Part shown: piece after piece, positions 26,778 to 42,300 of the stretch
Layout: the number at the start of each line of letters is the position of its first letter
Numbering within the stretch: the stretch's first letter is position 1
NCBI GenBank assembly: GCA_964016885.1
Contig: OZ024743.1
Coordinates: 195,734,001-195,798,000, forward strand
From: Eledone cirrhosa
Lineage: Eukaryota
Direction of reading: 5' to 3'
Length of the DNA: 64,000 nt
The notes under the pieces: generated by a model
Told to the model about the DNA's origin: nothing
Database searches by the model: none
The model's input: the letters and a program-made list of their open reading frames with translations, nothing else
Position numbers and translations under genes: made by a program

Positions 26778-27818
26778 TAGCATTAAAGCCCGGCGTTGCT
26801 CGGGGTCAGTAAGTTATCAAAGTTAGGTTGCACCACCCATTTTATGGCAGCACTTTTTTGTCTGCAAGGCACTGGGTGAATGAATTGCAGACCTGGACTG
26901 CCGAAGCAGGAGCTGCGCCAGCAGTGACAATTGTAGTTTCGCCTATGGATATTATCTCTGTGCAAGAAGTGTTGAAATTTATTGTTTCACAGTACTTGCG
27001 CAACACGCGCGTAGACGATGCCAGCCGAACAACAGAGCTGCAATGGAGTTGTTCTGCATGGTTGTCTAATGTGTGTTTTCTAAATTTAAGACAGTAGGGA
27101 GTGGTGTGATATTGGGGAGAGTTAGCTGCTGTTTCTAGCAGGTTTAGTGACCTCATTGAGGATATGTTTTCTAAATTTAAGTCAGTAGGGAGTGGTGTGA
27201 TATGGGGGAGAGTTAGCTGCTGTTTCTAGCAGGTTTAGTGACCTCATAGAGGATATTATTGTGTATAGTAAAGGAACTGATACTTCTTTCTTCCACGTTC
27301 GTTGTTAGATGTTTTAAAAAAGAATTATCGCTATTTTTTTTTTGTTGTTGAATAAATTTATCTGTTGCTTTTGAATAATTGTTGTTGCGTATGAAATGTA
27401 ATAAGTTCTCTTTGTCATTGGAGTAAATAAATGTTTGACCGTTCCACACTCAAAAACAAACGTTCCCCCTCTCTTTCTCTCCCTCTCACTCTCTCTCTCT
27501 CTCTTAAAGTGTGTAAGTTTAATCGTATATAAGAGAAAGTTGCAGCATGTATGTAGTTTTATCGAATTTTAAGGGGAGTAGAGAGCGGGTCTGATTGTAT
27601 TAGAGGGGTAAACCGTCATGTATTTAGTTTTATCGATTGTTTCCGTAATTGTGGGTGAGTTTGAATGAAATAAATAGTCGTTGACCTGAGTTAGACCATT
27701 TACAACATTCTTACAGACGTTGAGTCGAATTCGTTTAAAATTGTGAAAATGTATAAACATGGAATATGCACACACACACACACACAACAACAACAATCTG
27801 TCTTTTATAGATAATGAT
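26778..27818 (+). mobile_element. Second Helitron/Helentron-like non-autonomous element with different internal cargo
   Basis: 5' TAGC..GCCCGGCGTTGCTCGGG; core shared with 23880-23990; 3' CTGTCTTTTATAGATA; ~90-bp tandem duplication at 27075-27252. Confidence 0.65.
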
Positions 27819-28394
27819 ATATGCCCAAGCATGGCCTCAGCCCGATGGCTGGTACAGGTAAAAGAGTAAATTCATCTTTACGTACCTGCGTTCATACATA
27901 CATACATAAATACATTCATACATACACGTGAAATACGTGTGTATGTGTATGTATGTGTGTGAGTGTGTGTGTGTGTGTATGTGTATGTGTGTGTGCGTGC
28001 ATGTGTGTGTGTGCGTGTGGTGTCTGTGCGTGTGTGTGGGTGTGTATGTGTGTGTATGTGTGTGTGTATGTGTGTGTGTGCGCGCGTGTCTGTGTACGAA
28101 AACGTTTTAAATATGATATTCTAATTTGAGATAGGAATATATTTACTTGCGGCAATCAAACTACACATATCTGACTTAACGAGAAAACATGCTGATATTT
28201 AAGAGCATCAACTTTGCCTACAATTTCACCCGGCAACATACACCAACTGTACTCCCAAACACCATCATTTGAGAAGGCTGTTATTCAAACAACGCATATT
28301 GGTAAAATAACACAACATGCAGATAATAATCTGGACACATACTGTCATCAAATCACAAAGATCTTTATATTATAAACATCATTCTCCACCTCCA

Positions 28395-28650
28395 ACTTAG
28401 TTGTTTCAGGCACAAACTCCCGCAATGCAGAGGAAAAGAAGACAAACAAATACAGGGGCTTCTCCGGTCACTTCCTTTACGCAACGGTCACCATAGAGAC
28501 CTCAAGTGTATTCGGACCCCGTACTGCCGAGCTCCTCCACAAGATCGGAATGTCAGCATCCCGCGATGTGGGTTGGATGTTACAGGGGGCGTCGTTGAAT
28601 ATTGTCCACGGGTCGCAGCACTTACACCACGACGCCCTAGGTCCAGAGCC
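28395..28650 (+). mobile_element. Degenerate CRE-like RLE fragment
   Basis: NAEEKKTNKYRG..TIETSSVFGPRTAELLHKIG. Confidence 0.55.
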
Positions 28651-28844
28651 CATCATCCTCTCCCTATCCCCGATCTTTTCTTCTGAGGCCCTAGTGTCCT
28701 TGCTTTTCTCCTCTTTTTCCTCTCATTTATAGATTTTATAGTCCTTTCAACTACTTTCCCATACAGCCAGATCTGCCCCATTTTCTCATTACGTAATTTT
28801 GCTTATATATTTTTATTTTTCATATTTATGTATTCGTCAATGAC

Positions 28845-29250
28845 ATATTAAGAAGGAGCCTGGACGCATCTCAATTGGAGCCAGCAGGCCTAGACCGCGG
28901 AGATGGCAAGCGCTCCGACAGAATCAGCCTCTTCCCATTCGAAGGAGGTAGATTCCTCATCTGGGACGCCACCTTAGTTGTTTGGGCTACAAACTCCGTC
29001 ATCGCGGACCGCCTCGCAGAAGAAGGCAAAATAAACAAATATCGGGGTTTTCCAACCGCTTCTTCTTCGCACTGGTCGCCGTCGAGACCTGAGGCGTACT
29101 TGGACCCCGTATTGCCGAGCTCCTGTGCAAGATCGGAACGTCGGCGGCCCGTCTGAGGAAGGCGCCCCGCGATTTGGGTGGCTGTTGCAGCGGGTGTCAC
29201 TGGCCATCGTCTGCGGGAACGCTTTTGCCGTCATGTCGGTGGGGCGCAGC
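28845..29250 (+). mobile_element. CRE-like RLE 3' fragment
   Basis: LEPAGLDRGDGKRSDRISLFPFEGGRFLIWDAT..KINKYRG. Confidence 0.8.
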
Positions 29251-31651
29251 ACTTCTTCCCCCTTTCTCTAGGCCCAAAGCCCAATCCCCCTCCCCCTTCA
29301 CCTCTTCCCTCTCTTCCACAATACCATCACCTTCCGTTTTCCTCTTTCTTTTTCTCTTTTTCTCTTTTTTCTCTATATTTCCCTATTCTTTTTCCTTTTG
29401 TTTCCTTTTCTTTTTTTATTACCATTGTCATTATTATTATTGCTATTGTTACTGTATCTAACGAACTATAACTGCCAATTGTTTTTCATATTTACAGTCG
29501 GAGCTGAAAACAACTCTAAAAGACTCACGAGAAATACATTGAAACCTAGAGACAGAATACATTCACTCTTTTCAACCTACGAATAGCATTAATTCCATTT
29601 TGGTATCTTACAATAAATAGAAAACCTTGGGGGGGGGGGGGCTATATGCTGAGGTGTTGTTAAAATTACAGCCTTATATTCCGATAGATTAGAATATATA
29701 ATTTCTTGGTTGAGAATTATGTTGCCTTGATGCGACGCTTTTAATGTGTTAAGTAAAATGACGAACCTTTGCCGGGGTGAATAAATTATATCCGAAAAAA
29801 TAATTCAACTCCTGACTGAAGAACCATCTCCAACACCACCCAAACAGCTATATATACTGTATACATGACAACCCACCTCCATCTACCAACATTCTATTAG
29901 TTTCACATTGTCGACCGCTTTATTTTCTATTTAAAACTGATCAAATAATTTTCAAATGTTTTGAACATTTCATCTCTCATTTCTATAGCGAAGCCATTTA
30001 ATATCACCTGCATGATTACAGATAAGGAGAAACTCTGAGTAGAAACTAAGTGATTCATACGCTTTGAAAAAATAAATATACCTCATAGCCCAATGCTTAT
30101 ATTTCATTGGGATATCGAAATATATTTAATATAAGGGTTAAATGTAAAATCAAATATATAACATTAAAAATCTCTGTTCATCCCTCGGTAAGCTATAGAT
30201 ATCTATTTACAGAAGTATTTCGTTCTTGTTTGCTCTTCCTGTCTCAACATAAGTGTCAAATGAGGAATACAAGTAAACATCTCTAGTTTTAGATTTTATT
30301 GGGTGTAAACAACTCTATAAAATTGGGCGAGCATTTCAGAATAGTGTTTATTTCGCTGAAATGAGAAGGAAATAATTATAATTATAACATAATAAATATG
30401 TGATTATTATAAGCTATAGTCGTTCCATATACAAATCGAAACTAAATAAACAGAACGGTGGCAGCCTATATTTCTGTTTGCTAACGCTGATATGAATCAA
30501 TGTGTTTGTCGTCCATAGTTATTTATAACTTGTCATTTACACTGACAACACTATATTCACTTATGTAGAGTTTGTGGGGCAAATGCTATAAAACTGTCTA
30601 AAGATTTATGAAGTTACTTGGAGGTAGATGCCATAATGATAATAAAAAATGATGTTTAAAACTGAACGTTGACACTCAACTTCGACATTTGTAACAGTCG
30701 CTATCCATATTTTATTTCAAAAGAAATTCTTACCCTTCGTTCTGTACATTCATTAGGAAAACAAACATCTGTTCTTTCCTTTCAACTAAGAACTGACACT
30801 GACAACAGAAATCTGGAAAGAAACAGTATGTTATTGCTACAGATATACAACTCAGCATAACCTTGTTGCTTTCAACTCCTTGTTTACATATCGAATAGAT
30901 TTTTTTTTAAACGTAAAATGTGAGATTTACCGACACTGAACATCAATTATATATCTGCTTGTATGCAGTTGGCATGGAAAACGCGGAAACTGAACGTGAG
31001 GAAACAGCCTGTACTAATTAAATAGTAGAAATAGCTTGCTTAAAGTTAACTACCCCCTTTCACACAGCAAGATTAATCAAATTTTACACGGAAAAATTTA
31101 TAATTAAATGTAGTAACAAAGGTGTTTATACTATCAAACAGTGTTTTGGCATTAAATTAAAAGACTATATTTTATTTCTTTTGTTACAAATATTTTCTAG
31201 TTCTCTCTCTCTACACACACACACACACACATATATATTTGTGTATATATATATATATAGGAATAAGACAGGACCTCGACAGCTGTCGAACTGGCCGAGG
31301 CTCAGCCGTCGGGTTCCTGACTCTGTTCCTTTTACCCACTCTACTACCCTAAGTATCGGGTACTCTGTCAGCTAAACTGAGCTTTGAGCAGCCCTAAGCT
31401 AAAATGAAGTCGGAAGAAATTGTATCGATGAAGGGAGAAACTATGTTAAATGTAAGCTGAGCTCATTTTGCACCATATGACAATGAGAGAAAGGGAAACA
31501 CGCGAAAGAATAAAATATGAAACTCCTTTAAATTATGAAAAACAATATACAGACACTATATATATATATATATAACGAGTGAAGTGTGGTAAGGAACCAG
31601 ATGGACCATAACACACAAGAGTACTCAATACTTAGGGTAGTAGAGTGTGTA

Positions 31652-32260
31652 ATAGGAAGGTGTTTAACCCCGACGGCAGGACTCAAGCCGTTTCGACGGC
31701 TTTTTCTGGACTAAATTATAATGTTTAGCTTGGTAATAAATAGCTGAACTTTTCAACGCGTAATTCCTTATATGGGAAGATTGTAGTTGTCAAAAGGATT
31801 GGTCAAAATTTCTTGTAAACACAAATAGATCTTTCATGGCAGTGGGTGTAGGGTGGGGTGGCTGAACTTGCCTGTCAAGCGTTGAAAGTGAATTCTATGC
31901 AGCAAATTCTAAGGAGTGTGTATGGAATTAGACTACCTAGCTAGGAAGCAGGCGAAGAAGGATACTGAGAGTGGGTCGTTATAGAAATGATTAATAAATT
32001 GAGACTCAAGATAAAGCTTAACCGGCTCCACCCACTCCCTCATTGAACTACAGGCAAGTTCAGCCACCTACTGCCATGAAAGATTTAATTGTGTTTACAA
32101 GAAATTTTGACCAATCCTTTAGACACCTATAATCTTTCCATATAAGGAATTACGCGTTGAAAAGTTCGGCTATTTATTACCACGCTAAACGTTCTAATTT
32201 AGTCCAGAAATAGCCGTCGAAACGGCTTGAGCTCTGCGGTCGGGGTTAAATATTCTCCTA
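31652..32260. repeat. Long inverted repeat (~210-bp arms, 31652-31875 / 32051-32260) in (TA)n context
   Basis: Arms are reverse complements (e.g. AAGCCGTTTCGACGGCT / AGCCGTCGAAACGGCTT). A partial third inverted copy lies at 31275-31365. Confidence 0.85.
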
Positions 32261-32501
32261 TATATATATAGAGAGAGAGAGGGGGGAGGAGGGAGATTTA
32301 AAAGAGTCGAAGTCATTTTTTTAATCTATTTACACTCTGTACTCTACAACTGTAACACTGGAATACAACCCAAACGAAACTGACCTCTTCACAACATCAA
32401 GACCTTCGAACGGCGCGCCGCCTCTAACTGTTGTCGCACACTTATATATGTATTTATATATATATATATATGCCTCTCTGTTTTTGTTCCCGTTCCAGTT
32501 T

Positions 32502-32569
<68 letters not shown>

Positions 32570-32764
32570 ATTAGAAATAGAAGCTTTCGCAGAATTTTGT
32601 ACTAAAGGAAATTGAGCCTGATAGTAGAGTTTAGAACCCTCTAAGAAATGGTAAAAGGTATGTATTGACTCAATACTCATCCTTTTCCATTTCTTTAGTA
32701 AAAAAATACGGCAAAACTGATATTTCTAATTTCAAACTCGCTCGCTGTTTAAAAACATACTTAC

Positions 32765-32980
<216 letters not shown>

Positions 32981-34343
32981 AATTAGCGGAGCAAGCAATT
33001 ATCAAACAATCTTTTAAATAAATTAAAAAACGATTTAAATAGTCACCTGTTCTATTGCTGTTACCGACGGTTTCACTAATCAAAAGATTGGAAATCCAGA
33101 GAATTTCCAATGGAAAGAATTAGATCTTCAGACAGCTATTTCCATGCCATAAGGGTGCAAAACCTCATAGTAAGTCAATATTTCACTTACTGCCCGACGC
33201 ATGCGGTCAAGCCGTTGAAGTGACGCACACGCAAAAATAGGCCACAAGTAAAAGCGGGTTATTATAAACTTGCTGATCATGCCGCTAAAAATAGCAGCGC
33301 GATACAACGTTTTGTTCTCTACATAAGGAGAAAAATGTTAAAAGGGTATTCCAACAGGCACTAGGTACCTACAGAAATATGCATGGTGTTTATAATAGTT
33401 GTGGTTCGATGCTACTAATTTGAGATACCAGAACTATAAAAATGAGTGGAGCAAGCAATTATCAAACTATATATATATATGTTATATGATATTTTAGTCG
33501 TTTACACTAAATTTATTTAAATGATAATTGTTAATACAAACAAGAGACGAACACGTGGTTTAAAAATAAACGAGGACACGTAACTTATAATCATATATAA
33601 TATTTGTGACTATTCACATACGCCATTAAACGTACCCTTTGACATTATATCTTAAATTGTTGACGTGGTGATTATTCTATCCCAAAGTTGTGTTCGCCAG
33701 CATAATGAATGCATTGAAAAGCCAAGAAAGAATTATATCTATTTTTGTATTTCACTAACCTTGAGAATCAATGCCAACTTCATCGATCGGTTAAGCTGCT
33801 AATAATCTAAAGAAAATGATCAGAAAATTGTCTCGAGGTAGACAGATATAAGTATCGGTTTGTTGCTATTTAACTAGAGTCGTTTACTACGTTATTAATT
33901 TTGCAAAGTTATCATTATATATTGACTTTAAAATTAAAGGTATATTACTATACTGCAGCCTAAATTTGAAAAGATAGATTTTATTTTAGATTAGTAATTA
34001 CAATTTCAAGAAAATTCTTTTTCTCCTTCACAATTTACTAGGTGAATTATCTAACACTGTCCACTAAAATTTGAAATGAAAACTTATTAAATTTTTTTTT
34101 CTAAATCATTTGCTACATTATGGTATTCATACCACACTTTATGAAATGTTATCAAAAGTTTTTCTAAAACGTTATATTATAAAACTTCACACAATTTGTT
34201 TCACACTAGGTTTACTTTACAATATATACGTTCAAATTAACTTTATAACTAAACATACAAATTTCACTCAACAGGCTATTCATGGGCAATTAGATGTATG
34301 ATATATAAATGTATTTTATGCGCATGTATTACAAATACCCTAC

Positions 34344-34503
34344 CAAGGCCTCCAGCGTAAATTTTGCAACGCGTTACAAGACTTGGGGGCCCGAAGCAGG
34401 CAAAGAAATTTCTCAAAATGGATGTTTCATGGCTGCTGTGTGGCCTTCTCAGCTCTTGGGCCCCGGAACAATGCAACGGTTGGATCCCCTCTCATATGCC
34501 CTG
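34344..34503. mobile_element. Possible degenerate hAT-like MITE
   Basis: CAAGGC...GCCCTG termini, GC-rich GGGCCC motifs, 6/8 TSD (TACCCTAC/CCCCCTAC). Confidence 0.35.
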
Positions 34504-35270
34504 CCCCCTACACAAACAAATGCGCACATATATACAGAAACGCACCTAAACGGCACATATACACACACACACCCACAAGCAAAAACAGTAGACAAATAAC
34601 CGATGATTCCATGAACACACTCGATCATTCTATGCATACACGCACTTTCACCCAATCATATACATACACATGCACAAAAATGTCCAAATCACCTGTTCTA
34701 GTGGCTACTTATATAGCAGCCTTAACCTTCCCAACCGTAAAACTGTTTTTCCATTCTAATTTTCTAAATAATACTCTAAAGACGTTTCCTTCGATTTGTT
34801 TTCAGTTAAAAGTTTTTCTTCCATCCCCCTCTATGTCTCACGTTCATATCCTATTATTTTCATTTTGACGAAGGACAAATTTCCGAAGCGTTAAGAATAC
34901 TACCATTTTTTAATTCAAGCATTAAAACTAATACCTTATCATCGTATTATGTTTTGTCCGTGTTCTTATTTTAAACTTTTGTCTGCTTTTGATTTGCAAA
35001 ATATCTTTATATATATGGTTCAACATAAATAAAACGAATACATACATACAATAATACAAAGTCTTATTAGTTTCAGGCTTTTTGGAAAAGGGAAAGGAAT
35101 GTTTCAGCGTATCAGATTTTAGTCACTCATCAAGAAAGACCAAAGTACGGAAAAAGAGGAGGTTGGAAAAGGGTTTTATCAGGATGGATCGAGTGGGGGT
35201 ACGCAAGTAATCCGGCGTGTGTATGTGGGGACGAGGCGGAGAATCCAGATTTCTACATACATAAATGTGC

Positions 35271-36194
<924 letters not shown>

Positions 36195-36939
36195 CATATA
36201 TATATTTATATATTTATATATATTTATATATATATATACTGATATGTTTACGAAGAAATTGGGTACAAGTGTGACTTGATTCCCGCAGATGACTCTGTCC
36301 ATATTTTATCGTCTCCTAGGAGTTCTTTATGAGTTAATATATACATTTCGGTAACTTCTGTCACAATAAAAGCAAATAGTTACATATGTGTATGTGTCCG
36401 CATGAGTGAGTGAGTGTGTGAAGTGTATATATATGTATATATGTATATGCGCATATATAATGAGTGAGAGAGACAGGGGTGTCTATATTTCAGCGTGTTG
36501 ATAGAAGTATGAATTCTTGTATGTGTCTATTCGGTTATATGTCAGGGTTTATTGACATTAACTTTGTGTATGTATACGTAGATGTATTCATGTTTATATG
36601 TTGTATATTTTCTATATTCAAAGTAAATTTGTTTTTCTGTATGTTTATAAAAATCAGAAATGAAAATGAAATTATGGTGCTTTTGATGTTACTTAGTATT
36701 CTCATAGCAACAGAAGCTAAATAATTTATCTCCAGAGATATGTTTTTTTTTTAACTTACACAACAATTGATCCTTCTTTCATCGGGTTAACGCTAAGCGA
36801 ACGAAGCCAGAAGCCGATCCAAACACTACACAGGAATCAATGTAACACATAGTTTTGATGCATCACTGATCATCCCTGTGGCGAATATTATAAAAACAAA
36901 ATATTCAAACGTGTTTATTCCAACGGTCAAAGAAAACAT

Positions 36940-37168
<229 letters not shown>

Positions 37169-38880
37169 ACCTTCCTTCTCTCGCTACACCCTTTTCTCTC
37201 TTTCTTCTCTCCCTGTCATTCGTGATCCAGATTATGGATATTTGTTAGGGCTAGAATATTTCACACTTCAAATCCTGTGTACTATCATTTCCTTTACTCT
37301 CCTAGTTTTTATTATTATTTTTTTTTAGTTCCGCTCAATAATAAAAGGCAAATGTCAAAAATATTATGAAGAAGAATTCTAAATAAATGTAATAGTGGAG
37401 CATGCTGAATGGCGTGTTTTCCCAGAAGATTTGTAGCTATTGGAAAACCTTCATAAAGAATATAGCTTCATTATATACACAGATTAATACGTACTATCTT
37501 TCTTCTATGGGGAGTGTATGAATTGCTACTACTCCTACCATTGTTGAATTTCACACAGTCTATAATTATCACTGTTATGCTCTATATCGTGTGTGCTTTC
37601 TTATATCACAGTCTGCATTCAACTCCAAATATAAAAGAGCCCAGTACGCTCCCAGTTGGCTACTTCCGTTGAAATGTCTCATTATTAATTTTGAAGTTTA
37701 TTAGGTTCAGTACATATTATGAATTCATCTATTTCTTTAAGAATATGTTGTTTTCTGTTTTGTTTTCTTTTCGTATTTCTTTGGTGTATGTTCGAAATGT
37801 TTCTTTTCTTTAAATTGACAAGCAACATTTTGATATATTGCCAAGCAATTTGTATAACTTGTTAACGTACGCAAAAACACATCTGGGATTCTTTCCTCAC
37901 TCAAACTATCATGAACTTATATTGAACATCATTCAAATGTTATTGTTTTCATAGTTATATCTTAGTTGTGCATTAATTTTTTTACTTATAACAACAAATA
38001 TCTACTTTCTCTCTATATATTTTATGGTTGTTAAATTGAATTATTTCAAAAGTGTTAATCTTTAAAAATATACTGTTTCAAAAATTTCCTGCTAATTTGG
38101 ATCCGCTATCTACGAATATATTTCTACTAATAAGTTTTTGTTAAAACTTTATTGTGTAATTGAAACTAATTCTGAGAAAACTTTAAACTTTATAAAAATT
38201 GTATTTCCTTATGTTATCTTTTGTCAATAAACAGATTTTGTACGGAAGAAATGATATCGGTCGACTATTTTCCAAAGATAAGAAATATTTTTTTAGTTTA
38301 ACACATATTTTTTCATTCTTTATTTTCTCATGAAATTGCTTACTAATGCAAACTAGAAAATTTCGCATTCAAACATTCAAAAGAACTTATAAAAGTGAAA
38401 GCATAAATATGAAAATAATTTATCTTTTTTTAGTGCTTGCGGGAAGGAAGTTACTTTACGTTGCAGTAATATAGCGATATTAAACCTCTCCCTGTCACAG
38501 ACACATGTTTATCAGTGACTGAAATATTGAAATATTGAAATATTGATACGTGTTTGTGCATGTATACTTGAATATTATAGACAAATGGATAGCGAGATAC
38601 GTGCACAATAGATATGACATTTTAAAGATGATATTTCTACAGATTTCTTCCTCGATCTTTAAGGAAGCAAACAGAAGAATTAGGTGTTGTCTTAACGGAT
38701 ATCACAATAACAGCGTTAACATAAATATACTTATTTTTGCAAAATATAATATTTTCAATTTGATTCTATTAACACTTCTAATATGCAGAGAACTGTTTGG
38801 GATTAATCCTTATTTTATTAAATGCATTAATACTGCTCATTATGTGGCGGTTACTATTTCAAAACTATGAGGAATTACTA

Positions 38881-39066
38881 ATAATTGTTTCTACCTTAGG
38901 CACAAGGCCAGCAATTACCCAGTGCATTACTGGTACGTTATTTCATCAACCCCGTAAGGATGAAAGGCAAATTCAACCGCAGCGGGATTTGAACTCAGAT
39001 CGTAAAGGGACGTAACTATGCTGGAAAGCATGGCGTCCGACACTCTACCGATATTGCCAATCCAAC
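38881..39066 (-). mobile_element. tRNA-derived SINE, ATT-tailed family
   Basis: On the minus strand: tRNA-like head with GAGTTCAAATCCC, central TTGCCTTTCATCCTTACGGGG, 3' GGCCTTGTGCC..AGAAACAATTAT. Confidence 0.85.
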
Positions 39067-39070
39067 GATA

Positions 39071-39115
<45 letters not shown>

Positions 39116-39365
39116 TTTTCTTTATTAACCACAAGGGTTTACATAAAGTAGACATTAAGGACAGTACAGGACAATACAGGACGGTACAAATGGGCATTTC
39201 TGCGTGTAAAAAAACAAAAACAGAGGATGTAATAAAAAATAACAATGAAAAATTCCCCAATAGGGTGGAGACTTCGGAGGGACATTTGTGGAGAAAGCCC
39301 ATTAAAAGGCCACAGTGACCCTGACCACCAGGGCATGTGCCCTCTCCCAGTTTTCCACTTTTAAT

Positions 39366-42300
39366 TTACAGACACATACTCAGAGTATTCACTCGGGCCA
39401 TTCTTGCTTCTCTCACCCATCTTTCAACGAAATGCTGGGAAGAGAGCACTTCCCTCTCTACCCTGATTTTCCTTTTCAAATGAAATTTGAAAAAGTCAAT
39501 CAGGGCATCACCGAAGAGGTAAGTGCTCGTCTTCAGCCCTTTCAAGCGTGTCCACCATACTATCTCTTTCGCCATCGCCACCAGACAGATAAAAACTGCC
39601 TGCCCTTCCCGGCTAAAGGAAGAGGGCGGGGAAATCCTCACGATGGACTCAGCTGATAGCTGGATCCGTCCTACACGCCACAGCAGGTGTTCGACATAAA
39701 CCCACACGTCAGCAATTCTCGGACACTGGACGAGTGCGTGCAGGACGGTTTCGTTGCCCTGCGCGCATCTCGGACAGTCCCGGCTGACGGCACCTCCATG
39801 CCTGTAGAGTTTATCCCGAACTGGCAAGGCTCCTCGGTAGCACTGCCAGGCCAGGGATTTCTGGAAATTGTCCATAGGCCCCGGCCCGAAAGTTATTCCG
39901 AAGAGATTAGCTAGTTGATTTTCGTCGAGGCCTAGAGTTTCCCCAAGTACGTCGTCGCTCTTCCCCTCCACTAATCCTCTATTGAACGCCGAGGTGGAGT
40001 TTCCACCGATCACATTGCCCGATTGGTCGAGGGCTGTGAGCGCCTGAAGACATTCCAGTCTCCAAGCGCTCCCTCTCGGTCTTCGCTTGACTCAGGACTG
40101 CAGCTCCGTCAAGGAAACAAGCTGGGGAAAGACGCGTCTAGCAAACGGCGACCACACCTGATCACCGTCGAGGAAGAGGTGGAGATGTCGTAGCCTGAGC
40201 GCGTGTCTGCGCATCATCAGCCATGGCATGCCCAGCCCTCCGCGTAGCGGGTGTCGACAGCAGATGGACCGCCTGAGCATCGGAGCGCGTCCCTTCCACA
40301 AAAAGCGAAAGAGCAAACGCTCCAGCGCAGTCAGGCGGGTAATAGGACAATGTACGACCGTCAGGCGGTAGTAGTTGACGGCCCACTGACTTTTCCTGGT
40401 TGATCATTGTTCCTGTCAATGTGTAGTGCCGATCGCCTCTATGTGTTTGGCGTTCGACACCACTTCGTTGACATCGTCCGCATAAGCTGACACGGATCTT
40501 CCGCATCTTAGTTAGCGCGGGACCCCCCTCAACGTCTCCAGTTTGTGCAGTAATGGCTCGAGAGTCAATACGTACAAGAGGGACGAGAGGGGACATCTTT
40601 GGCGGGCCGAGCGCATGATGCTGAACGGTTCCGAAAGGTGACCCTTCACTCCCACCACAGAGCAGATGTCGCTGTGCATGGCAGCGATCCAGCCTCTGAA
40701 GACGGGCCCAAAGCCAACCGCCCTCAGGACTGCTGCTAAGTAACTATGGTCGACCCTATCGAAAGCTTTCGACTGATCTAAATTGATCAAGGACCCACCC
40801 GTGCCAGGTTCCCTAGCTACCCTCTCTACGATATATCGCATGAGGTGGAGGTTGTCGTGGATGGATCCGTCGGGAATGGCACACATATACGCCTCTCCCA
40901 CCAGACCACCAACGACAAGCGCCAACCTCTTTGCTAGCACCTTGGCGAAATTCTTGAACTCTGTGTTTAGCAGAGTTATGGGCCTGAAATTATCTATGTT
41001 ATCCACCTTGTTCGCATCCTTCCTCAGCAGCACCACAGCTCCTCGGCTCACAGAGCCGGGAATTCTCCTGTTCTGTTGCCAGTAGACGTCCGCCAATAGG
41101 CCTCCGAATAAGTCTGGCATCTGTATGTAAAGTTCATAGAGCAGACCATCCAAGCCAGGCGATTTACCCCTTGTGCAGCCATTCAATGCCTCCCGTACTT
41201 CAGCGGCTGTTATCGACTTTTCGCAACACTCCGCCTCAGTGGCCGAGAGCCGCGGCCTGTCCGTCGAGGTAGACACTAAAGTCCATCCCTCGATCCGGCC
41301 CGCCGCTGCCCCCGAACGGCTGGGCGAAGTGTCGCTGAAAAGCTTCACACATTTGCCCGGGATCGAGTATCATGGGCCCGTCGTGTTCCACCAAAGACCG
41401 GATCGTGGCTTTGTTGCCACGACTCGCCTCCGCCACTCGGGCCCATTGAACGGCTTTCGTCCTCACGTGTCTGAGAGCACGCACCCTAGTTCTGACAAAG
41501 CAACCTTCGTGCTTTGCATTGAATAATTGGTCAAGGGCCAATTTCGCCGCAAGTATATCGGTCGAGATGCCTTTGCTAAGCGCCTCGTGTAATGTTCTAA
41601 CTAGTTATCCCTCTGCTCAATTTTTTTCTATTGCTTTCTCTATTCTCTATTGCCTTACTAAACCTAATGGACTCTATTCTAATCGCTCTTTTCAGAGCAA
41701 CCCACCACTTGTTGTTGACGATGGCCCTCATCAACGCCCGCTTAACTAGTTCCCAAATCCGGTCTCTGTAGTCCTTGCACGCTGGTAAAGAGATATTTAG
41801 CTTCCAGTAGCCGGGTCCTCGTCTATGAAGCCTATCTAAGCCAAGCACACAGATCACGAATTTGTGGTCCGTGTAGCTCACTATCTTGAATTGTGGACAG
41901 CCTATGCTAGACCTATCTATTTCCCTACAAAATACTCTATCTAGATATGATCTGGATGACCCTATGCGATTTGTCCAAGTCCACATTGGCACATTCGGGA
42001 AATCCAATTGGTACCTGTCAGACAGTTCAAAACGCCTGAGCAGGTTGGTCAGGCTCTTGCACCCTCCTCCTCTATCCGCTAATCCCACACAGTCCCAGCG
42101 TGCATCTAAGATCCCGTTCCAGTCGCCCACTAACTCTAAAGAGCGGGACGTTCCAAGAAAGGTCTCCAGACGCCGGAAGAAATCAGGCCGCCCTACTCCT
42201 GTCGGGGCATAGACGGCCACTAGCCTGAAATCTTGCTCGTCTCCGCTGGTCACGTCCAGCACCACCATCTTACCTTCTGGGTCCAGGAAGATAGCCCGTA

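Noticed and set aside
35085-35140. Minus-strand TTGATGA...GAAA hammerhead-like string
   Set aside because: Stems I and III do not pair convincingly.
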